Of a stretch of 64,000 nt of DNA, positions 55,921-63,328 are shown in pieces (within the stretch, counting starts at the first letter, position 1; each line of letters begins with the position of its first letter). The notes under the pieces were generated by a model. The model saw only the letters and a list, made by a program, of their open reading frames with translations, was not told where the DNA came from and did no database searches. Source of the stretch: a virus; the IMG/VR virus record IMGVR_UViG_3300008261_003175. One strand, 5' to 3'. The position numbers and the translations under genes were made by a program.

Positions 55921-56035
55921 CCAATCAGTTATGTATTAATAAAAAAAATATATGTAACTGATTGGTTCTCCCTGAAGTATTTTCAAAAATAGTCGCTTAT
56001 TAATTTCTCCACGTCGTAGCAAAGCAGTACTTTTA
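55921..56035 (+). promoter_or_regulatory. Repeated early-promoter element, copy E
   Basis: Perfect inverted CCAATCAGTTA/TAACTGATTGG; TTGGTTCTCCCTGAAGTATTTTCAAAAATAG; TACTTTTA at 56028. Confidence 0.8.
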
Positions 56036-56085
56036 CCCTAATCGCCCAATATCGGTCGGTATATAATAAAAAAAATTAATAAGTT

Positions 56086-57210
56086 ATGGCACTATCTAAT
56101 CGCAGTCTTTCGCAAGCAAAACAAGTATTAGCGGACATTTTGTACTCTCACGTAGACGTTATCGTTACTCGTGCTGCTTTAGACAAAAGAATTGAATTGA
56201 TTAAGTTTCCCTATCTCAAGCCTTCTCACGATCGACATCAGAAAAATAAAACTCTTTATGTGAGTCGACAATACGATCCTATCCGTTATTGGTTAATTAA
56301 AAATAAATTTCTTACTCAGAATTACGAGAGCGGAAAATATATTTACACTGTTAACAGAGATATTATAAGTGCTTTCTTACGAGCAGAAAACGACAGAGTA
56401 CAATCTAACAACAATAAAACAAAAAAACAAAAAGTTATGACGAAGAAGGAAAGAGTGTTTAGACACATTGAAGACAACGGTAATGCAATGCGTTACACAG
56501 ACATTATCAAGTTTGCTTATGAAATTACTCACGGTACGGGTTCATTCGATAAGAGAGAGAATCGTGGCTATTATGCGTGCGCGTTTACTTACCATTCATA
56601 TTGGAGTGCAATGTTTGGTGGACAACGTAAAAAAAATATTGGTTCACCAAAAGGTCATTTCGTTATTCCAACCAAAAGCGGTCACTTAATTAAATTGCCA
56701 AATGGACTTTGGAGTGTTGTTCGTCCTTCAAATTGGAAGCGCGATAATATTGAAATGCCTAAATCAAAATCGCACAGTAATTCCGTAACGGTAATATCTA
56801 AAGAAGAATATGAATCCATGTGTTGCGTCTTAAAGAAATACAACATTACGGCTAATGAGCTAGATAATTTAGCTACAGAGTATTTTCATAAAAAAAATGG
56901 CGATGGCGCATCTTGTTATCAATGGGCATATTATGATTTGTTAGAAAAAGCTGGCGTTATTTCAGACACAACAAAAGAATTACAAAAAGAAATAGATGCT
57001 TTAGCTGATCACATAATCGCTCAAAATAAACCTAAAGAAACTATGTACGCAGTCGTATCTGAATTTTCTGTGTTAGAAGGCATTCTTACAAAATCAGAAT
57101 TGGAATTGTTCTTCAGCGAAGACAGAGACGTTAATAAGTACATGATATTCGAAGCCGGTAATTCGGTTCAGATCGAGAAAAAAGTAACAACTACAATCAC
57201 AATAAAATAA
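56086..57210 (+). CDS. Multi-domain fusion protein with internal start at 56437 (winged-helix-like domains)
   Basis: In-frame AAAAGTTATG at 56437; paralog of 49534-49830. Confidence 0.65.
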   Translation: MALSNRSLSQAKQVLADILYSHVDVIVTRAALDKRIELIKFPYLKPSHDRHQKNKTLYVSRQYDPIRYWLIKNKFLTQNYESGKYIYTVNRDIISAFLRAENDRVQSNNNKTKKQKVMTKKERVFRHIEDNGNAMRYTDIIKFAYEITHGTGSFDKRENRGYYACAFTYHSYWSAMFGGQRKKNIGSPKGHFVIPTKSGHLIKLPNGLWSVVRPSNWKRDNIEMPKSKSHSNSVTVISKEEYESMCCVLKKYNITANELDNLATEYFHKKNGDGASCYQWAYYDLLEKAGVISDTTKELQKEIDALADHIIAQNKPKETMYAVVSEFSVLEGILTKSELELFFSEDRDVNKYMIFEAGNSVQIEKKVTTTITIK

Positions 57211-57216
57211 TTAGTT

Positions 57217-57435
57217 ATGAAAAAACACATTTACGTAAAAGACAAATATAGAAAGAATCCTCTATCGTTAATACCAGGAGGACACGAAGTAACTATAATA
57301 TATGCAGATGGCTTCTCTCAAACTTACGATAAAGTCAAGAGTCCTAAAGCATTCATTTCAAAAATCAGTAACGATCCTAAGCGACCTCACAAAATGGTTT
57401 CTATAACCGTAGATGGCGAACCATTTATGCAATAA
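57217..57435 (+). CDS. Conserved small phage protein
   Basis: NPLSLIPGG..V..YDKVKSP. Confidence 0.65.
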   Translation: MKKHIYVKDKYRKNPLSLIPGGHEVTIIYADGFSQTYDKVKSPKAFISKISNDPKRPHKMVSITVDGEPFMQ

Positions 57436-57477
57436 TATTCGCAATGTTCACATATTTATTAATAAAAAAATAAAATA

Positions 57478-58533
57478 ATGAAAGATTTTAATTTACAAAA
57501 ATATCTTAAAGATAATCCTTTGACTCAGAAAAAACAAGTCTTGAAAAAAGGAAAAATAAATGAAGCATTCGAAGGATTCAACGGAGTTAGATCTATTGCG
57601 CCTATTCACGAAGCTCCTATTCAAACAAGAAATTCTAACTTTGATCCTACAGATATGGCGAATTATGACGAAGAATCTCGTCCAAATAAATGGATAGCTG
57701 ATATTGATCGTTTGCAACCTGAATACGGCGATTGGAAAGCGTCTTACGAATATCCAGGCATAATTGTTTGGTCTCATGCAGATATTCCAGACGCTATGGT
57801 TGTTGCTACTCCAGGTTGGGACGGCAAAGGCACTCCAGTAGAATTTCAATCTGTAAAAGGTTCTCACCAAATGTTGAAAGTCTTAGATCAAGATGATTTT
57901 CCTAATATAAAAGCGTACATCACGGCAATCGCTCCTTATCTTGATATGGTTGAAGATGCTAATCTAAATCCTACAAGTACTGATTACGAGAAGAGTCCTA
58001 TTAAAGCTCCAGGAATGGGAGAATTTCAAGGCTTACATGAAGGTTTGCCAAGAATGAAAACTCTTTTTGTATTAGATTATGGATCTGGTACAGTTTATGA
58101 GAAAGCAATTCCTGCTAATATGCAGTCTGAAGAAATTGAAGAGATGCTTGCTGACGAATACGGTATGAATCCAGCCGACGTATATTATATGATTACTGAT
58201 AAAAATCAAGTGGAGAATCTTGATGACGCTACTTTTGATGAAGGTTATATGGGAACTCAATATGATTCTTCTGAGGACATGGCAGTAGATATGGTAAAAA
58301 AGGGTATAAGAGAAGACGACTATAAAAGTATGACGGCCGATAAAGGTTGGGAATACGATGATGATGAAATGGAAAAACCAAGTAGAATCTCAGGTCTTGT
58401 AGATCAAAGAGAACTTGCTAAATTTAAAGAAGCTGTTATGGCAATCGCTCAAGATTTGGATAACGAAGGATTTGATTCTATCGATATCAAAAAATTCTTG
58501 AAAGATCAACTTGATGACATGATTATTGCTTAA
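57478..58533 (+). CDS. Acidic putative internal virion protein
   Basis: ATATTTAT 57452; MKDFNLQKYLKDN N-terminus; several (I/L)xE sites (INE, IHE, LHE, IRE); terminator follows. Confidence 0.55.
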   Translation: MKDFNLQKYLKDNPLTQKKQVLKKGKINEAFEGFNGVRSIAPIHEAPIQTRNSNFDPTDMANYDEESRPNKWIADIDRLQPEYGDWKASYEYPGIIVWSHADIPDAMVVATPGWDGKGTPVEFQSVKGSHQMLKVLDQDDFPNIKAYITAIAPYLDMVEDANLNPTSTDYEKSPIKAPGMGEFQGLHEGLPRMKTLFVLDYGSGTVYEKAIPANMQSEEIEEMLADEYGMNPADVYYMITDKNQVENLDDATFDEGYMGTQYDSSEDMAVDMVKKGIREDDYKSMTADKGWEYDDDEMEKPSRISGLVDQRELAKFKEAVMAIAQDLDNEGFDSIDIKKFLKDQLDDMIIA

Positions 58534-58556
58534 TAAAATAATGCAACACAAAAGAT

Positions 58557-58581
58557 AAAGCCCTCTTTTTGGGGGTTTTTT
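58557..58581 (+). terminator. Intrinsic terminator
   Basis: AAAGCCCTC-TTTTT-GGGGGTTTTTT; near-identical to the 30592 terminator. Confidence 0.75.
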
Positions 58582-58605
58582 ATTATATTTAATTAAATAA
58601 AAGTT

Positions 58606-59361
58606 ATGCGATTAGATATTTCCCCTTACAACACAAGACAAGAGCAATACAGAGACGATCCATTCAAGATGCTCATGATATGCTTTATGCTCAATCAGAC
58701 GAGTCACAAACAAGTCGACCAGATACGCGAAGAGTTTTTCAATAGGTTTCCTGATGCAGAGAGTTTTGTATTGGCAGAAGAATCGGAAATAGCTCAGATG
58801 ATAAAAATTTTAGGCTTCTACAACAAAAGAGCTAAGGCATGGAGACAGTTTGCTTTCGAATGGATAGCAGCAGTAGACAAATTCGGTGGCACAAACATTC
58901 CAGTAGAAGAGTTAGCCAAAATGAAAGGAATCGGCAAATACGCTCTTGACTCTTGGAAGGTGTTTCAGCTTTACGATTACGATATAGAAGTAGACGACCA
59001 CGTTCTGAATTGGTACGTTGATTGGGCAAGAGTAGAAAAAGAGAGACTTATCAGAGAGAGCAAACCTTGGAAACCTATGAGCGTTTATTATTTACATTTC
59101 GAAGACAGTAGAGAGGTAGTTCCAAATTGGAAAAATTGCAAGGACTATGTGTGTTGCGTTATGGCGAGAACTCAAAAAGAGGCTATAGAAGTTACTCAAT
59201 ATGTCGCACTAGGTCAGAAAAAAGCCAAACACGTGAAAATACTAGGAATAGGTCACTGCAAAGAAGAGTGGACCATGTGCGAACAACCTATGACAACAGA
59301 CGAACAAGCGCTGCGCGCACAATTAGATGCGATGCGGGAAAGAATGAAATCTAAATATTAA
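58606..59361 (+). CDS. HhH-GPD DNA glycosylase, MBD4-like, with C-terminal extension
   Basis: DPFKML..LNQT..FP.A..LGFYNKRAK..GIGKYALDSWKVF..DDHVLNWYVDW. Confidence 0.85.
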   Translation: MRLDISPYNTRQEQYRDDPFKMLMICFMLNQTSHKQVDQIREEFFNRFPDAESFVLAEESEIAQMIKILGFYNKRAKAWRQFAFEWIAAVDKFGGTNIPVEELAKMKGIGKYALDSWKVFQLYDYDIEVDDHVLNWYVDWARVEKERLIRESKPWKPMSVYYLHFEDSREVVPNWKNCKDYVCCVMARTQKEAIEVTQYVALGQKKAKHVKILGIGHCKEEWTMCEQPMTTDEQALRAQLDAMRERMKSKY

Positions 59362-59375
59362 TATATTTATTTTAT

Positions 59376-59867
59376 ATGAAACTACTTGACATACTAAATG
59401 AAACTAAAAAAGATATGAGAGTTGGACTGGATTATTTACAATCCATTCAATCTGATGAGCCATTTAACGTTCGTCAACCCTTATATCATTTGGCATTACG
59501 GCAAGCTTACATAAATAATGTAAAAAAACAAGGCTTAATACCATCGCAACCAGAAGCGTCTATGCATGCTGGAGCTTTGAAAGGAGAGCTGTTTAAGGGC
59601 GTTTGGTTAACGTCTCTAAGTGATATTTCTTCGATTGTCAGTTTACACTATCTTCCTGATTATTACGAATATGAAAGTGTACTATTAAAGATAGACGGCA
59701 CTAAATTAGATCCAAATTTATTCTCAATTGGAATTGAAATACCTTTAAGATTAATGATGGACGTAAAAAAAGGCAAAAAAATATCTAGAAACGACTATTA
59801 TAAGCAATCAGATGAAATAGTATATCTAGGAGAAATACCACCAAAAGCTATAACACTAGTCAATTAA
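59376..59867 (+). CDS. CTS-like-tagged ART-fold protein (KptA/Tpt1 C-domain-like)
   Basis: MKLLDILNE; PLYH..KQGLIP..GVWLT..VLLKID..DEIVYLGEIPPKAI; ATATTTAT 59363. Confidence 0.65.
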   Translation: MKLLDILNETKKDMRVGLDYLQSIQSDEPFNVRQPLYHLALRQAYINNVKKQGLIPSQPEASMHAGALKGELFKGVWLTSLSDISSIVSLHYLPDYYEYESVLLKIDGTKLDPNLFSIGIEIPLRLMMDVKKGKKISRNDYYKQSDEIVYLGEIPPKAITLVN

Positions 59868-59921
59868 ATTGATTAAATTAATAAACATACTATTTAATAG
59901 TTTATAAAAAACAAAAACGTT

Positions 59922-61094
59922 ATGAGTTTACTTACAATGACGGATTATTATCCGGAGTTTTTACGCTACTATGCACTAGCAAAAACACAACAAGAAGAGT
60001 GTAATTTAGGCCTCATTCCTCACACTGAATCATCGATACCAGACGATCTAATGAAACACGTAGAACTCTACGATGTAGTAGAAAGGAAATACGCTGGATT
60101 CTCTCAAATAGTTAATGATATATTTTATGGTTGGAGCGAAGATCATCCTTATTGGAAACGCATGGAAGCTGGATTGGCTAGCGAACCAAGAAAAAAGATA
60201 GCTCCGTTGTGGACAGGCAAAAGAAGCAAATTAAATACAGAAGCATGGTTCTTTTTATTTTTAGTGCATCGTCTTACTGGATCGGCTATCAATTATGCTA
60301 AGAAACCTAGTGGTTATCACAATAGTATTCTATTCGATCTACATGAGTGCGATGATATTCCTCAGATGGTTGAGAAGATAAAGAATCGCATATCTCCATT
60401 TTACACCTCAGTTGGTTATCAAATTGCTGCGTTTCCAAAACCTCAAGGCAATTACAAAAGAGGAGGAGATTATTTCATTTGCGAATGGGTACCTCAATTG
60501 GCGGTCGATGTTCTTGCTTTCTTAGAAAGCGGAAATAGAAAAAAGAACTTTAGAGAAGTTGGAGATTTTATGTTTGCTTGGAATAAAGAAAGAGGATTTA
60601 GAATATTTAAATTTCAATACTCTGCTTTTATAGCCGACATTGCAGATTGGTTTCCTGAGTATATAAACAAAGAAAGTCCTTTCTATTACGGTACGAACGC
60701 TATAGAGTGTTTAAACTATTTGGCAAAGAAATACAAAGGCATTCCTCAAGAAGCTTTTCTAGATCAGATAACAAAAAAGATATACGAAGACACTGGAGCA
60801 TATCCTTACAATAGCGAGGACGTTACCTGTGACTTTATTCGTTATGTAGAAAACTACGTAAAACCTGGTAACGATTATCGACATTTAGACTACGACAACT
60901 TGTGGAACAGTTGTGGTATTACAAATCACCCTTATGGCAGACAAAAGGCTATGTTAGATCTTGGATTGACTCCAACATTCAAAGGCATAACCGATCATCC
61001 ATCAGACGATAAGATCATTAAAGCTGTAGGAATCACTGCAGAACAATACAAAGAAAAAGTAAAAGAGTTTCAATTTAACAATCAAATACAATGA
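59922..61094 (+). CDS. Putative DNA base-hypermodification enzyme (aGPT-pyrophosphorylase/amino acid:DNA transferase-like)
   Basis: FQYSAFIADIADWFP..ES.FYYGTNA..CL..EDVTCDFIRY. Confidence 0.55.
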   Translation: MSLLTMTDYYPEFLRYYALAKTQQEECNLGLIPHTESSIPDDLMKHVELYDVVERKYAGFSQIVNDIFYGWSEDHPYWKRMEAGLASEPRKKIAPLWTGKRSKLNTEAWFFLFLVHRLTGSAINYAKKPSGYHNSILFDLHECDDIPQMVEKIKNRISPFYTSVGYQIAAFPKPQGNYKRGGDYFICEWVPQLAVDVLAFLESGNRKKNFREVGDFMFAWNKERGFRIFKFQYSAFIADIADWFPEYINKESPFYYGTNAIECLNYLAKKYKGIPQEAFLDQITKKIYEDTGAYPYNSEDVTCDFIRYVENYVKPGNDYRHLDYDNLWNSCGITNHPYGRQKAMLDLGLTPTFKGITDHPSDDKIIKAVGITAEQYKEKVKEFQFNNQIQ

Positions 61095-62098
61095 CTAACA
61101 TCTTATATCAAAACACCTGTGAAGTTGAATTTAAAGGAAAAAAACCAAAAGACAGTTGGATGGCCAATTGGTCGCTAGACCAGAGACTAGACAAGTTCTT
61201 TGAATTTTGTAGAGTTTTTGATGATCGTCAAGATAGTTTATTAAAAGATGAATATCAAATATTCTCGCATCGTTTACATTGGCATGAGCATCCATTCTGC
61301 GACTTAATGAAGTCTATTACTGATAATGAGTTGAGATTATTCTATACGCTTGTTTTTAGTTTTTCTAACGAACATTGGGGAACTCTAAATAAATTAATGG
61401 AAGAAGGCATATGGAGTACTCGTAATCATTTTCAAAGCAATAGACACGCTCGTAATGATTTGTTTCAGATATACTATCCTAAAGGCACAAATGTAAAGGA
61501 GTGGCTTCTGAGTGGTCCTCATGCAGCTGCTACATTTCTTGCTGATAGTTTATTAGGATCTGTAGAAAGAGGCGAAAGAGGAAAATGGACTATGATGGAG
61601 TTTGCTAAAGCTTTGGAATCTTATTTTAAAGAGCATCAGAATTTTAGAAGTCCTTTATATCCATGTAAGAACACTGCACGATATATTGCTATGGCGTATC
61701 CTCACTTAGTAGATCCTGAATCTATTCTTTTTGGTGGTACTGGTCACTTTGATGGACTTCATCAAATCTTCGGTGGACAAAATCTTAATGGTAAAGTTAA
61801 ATATTCTATTAATGAGAATGGTTTATTTATTCCAGAAAATAAACAAGCAGAAACTTGGTTGTATCAGATGGACATTTTAGTGAACGATTCTAGAAATCCC
61901 ATGAGAGAACAGAAGTATTTAAATGTAGAAGATAAAACTTGTTTTTTCTGGAAGCACATAAGTATCCATCATGGAGCCAAAAAACCAACTAAAAATATTC
62001 CATACACATGGATATTCTCAGATGACTTCAATCTTAGCAATCATTCAGACTTTTTACAAAACATCGCTGAAAGGAATCTAATGTACGAAGAGGCTTAA
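61091..62098 (+). CDS. Second, divergent aGPT-pyrophosphorylase-like paralog
   Basis: ARYIAMAYP..DPES..GGTG..GL..VEDKTCFFWKH; ATGA overlap with the previous gene. Confidence 0.5.
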   Translation: MTNILYQNTCEVEFKGKKPKDSWMANWSLDQRLDKFFEFCRVFDDRQDSLLKDEYQIFSHRLHWHEHPFCDLMKSITDNELRLFYTLVFSFSNEHWGTLNKLMEEGIWSTRNHFQSNRHARNDLFQIYYPKGTNVKEWLLSGPHAAATFLADSLLGSVERGERGKWTMMEFAKALESYFKEHQNFRSPLYPCKNTARYIAMAYPHLVDPESILFGGTGHFDGLHQIFGGQNLNGKVKYSINENGLFIPENKQAETWLYQMDILVNDSRNPMREQKYLNVEDKTCFFWKHISIHHGAKKPTKNIPYTWIFSDDFNLSNHSDFLQNIAERNLMYEEA

Positions 62099-62109
62099 TA
62101 TTTATAAAC

Positions 62110-62727
62110 GTGAAGTTACTAAATATACTTAAAGAAATAGGAGACGCTTCTGCGAAACCATTTGTATGGAGTTCAAAAGGCGATATCTCTACGTTAGCAA
62201 AACAATTTGCATCTGTTATAGATAACAAAAAAAGCGGTATGAATATGGTTGGGCCCTCTGTTTTTGGATACACTGCTCAAAGCGACAGCGCAACCTACGA
62301 TATAAATATAGAAGCGATGGGACGTAGAAGACTATCTCTTCAACTTCCAGGAAAACCAAAACCAAAACAAATAGGCCCATCTCACGTAATGGAAGTTTGG
62401 ATTAGTTTTACAGTTAACGATAGCGATGAAGACACAAATCTAAACGAACAGTATAGAGTAATGGCCACAGTAATTGCTTGCGTTCAAGACTTCGTTAGAA
62501 AAGTTAGTGACACATTCGAAATCAAAGAAATTAATATCCTTCCAAAATCAGATACAAGTTCAGATGCTCAATTCGATTCACACAGAGGTCGTTTGTATTT
62601 AGCGTACGTAAAAAGAAACATCGATAAACTTCCAGGAAAATGGACAGCTTACGCAAACGAAGACGGAATATCCATAAAAAATGGATCGTGGGAGGGTGGA
62701 AATATCGTAGCTAAATCAACAAATTAA
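62110..62727 (+). CDS. CTS-like-tagged protein of unknown function
   Basis: GTG start, MKLLNILKE; YRVMATV..F..RGRLY..Y; ATATTTAT 62098. Confidence 0.65.
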   Translation: MKLLNILKEIGDASAKPFVWSSKGDISTLAKQFASVIDNKKSGMNMVGPSVFGYTAQSDSATYDINIEAMGRRRLSLQLPGKPKPKQIGPSHVMEVWISFTVNDSDEDTNLNEQYRVMATVIACVQDFVRKVSDTFEIKEINILPKSDTSSDAQFDSHRGRLYLAYVKRNIDKLPGKWTAYANEDGISIKNGSWEGGNIVAKSTN

Positions 62728-62741
62728 TAATATTTATAAGT

Positions 62742-63299
62742 ATGAAATTAATGCATATCTTATTGGAAGCCGAGTCAGAACAAAAAGTGGATTCTGTAGT
62801 CTCTCAATTAAAGTCTCAAATGGGAGATCTTATAAGCGACATCGAAGACACTATAGAGGACAAATCTAAAGAACAAAAAGAAGGCGTTTTAACTTACGTA
62901 GGAGTAGCTCTAGCCATTCCGCCAATATTAGGACTCATTGCGAAATTCGGTAAATACGCTTCAAGTGTAATCAATAAGATTCTAGGAAAGAAACCAGACG
63001 ATCAAACTGGAGCTGAAAGATATTTCCAACAAATGGGTAGAATAGCAGATGAATTACATGGTTTATATATAAAGCCTTTAGAATTGTCTATTAGATCGTT
63101 TGTAAAAGACGAACAAAAGGCGAAAAAAGTTTCAAGTTTTATATATCATATAATTGTAGCGTATATGTTGATAAACGCAGGAATAACCGCTGTAAAAGCT
63201 ATACAAGCAAAACAAGTTTCTCTTGCTACTCTAGAGACTGCTTTAGCGGCCATAAAAGGAGGAGAAGTTAAAAAATACATTTTAAAACTACTTGCGTAA
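62742..63299 (+). CDS. CTS-like-tagged protein with hydrophobic helices
   Basis: MKLMHILLE; GVLTYVGVALAIPPILGLI; ATATTTAT 62730. Confidence 0.65.
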   Translation: MKLMHILLEAESEQKVDSVVSQLKSQMGDLISDIEDTIEDKSKEQKEGVLTYVGVALAIPPILGLIAKFGKYASSVINKILGKKPDDQTGAERYFQQMGRIADELHGLYIKPLELSIRSFVKDEQKAKKVSSFIYHIIVAYMLINAGITAVKAIQAKQVSLATLETALAAIKGGEVKKYILKLLA

Positions 63300-63328
63300 T
63301 TACTTAATATTTATTAATAAAAAATTCA

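Noticed and set aside
21641-56035. CRISPR array or IS/MITE ends as an explanation of the repeated element
   Set aside because: Copies are kilobases apart, in the same orientation, without spacers, target duplications or a transposase; their position before gene arrays fits promoters.
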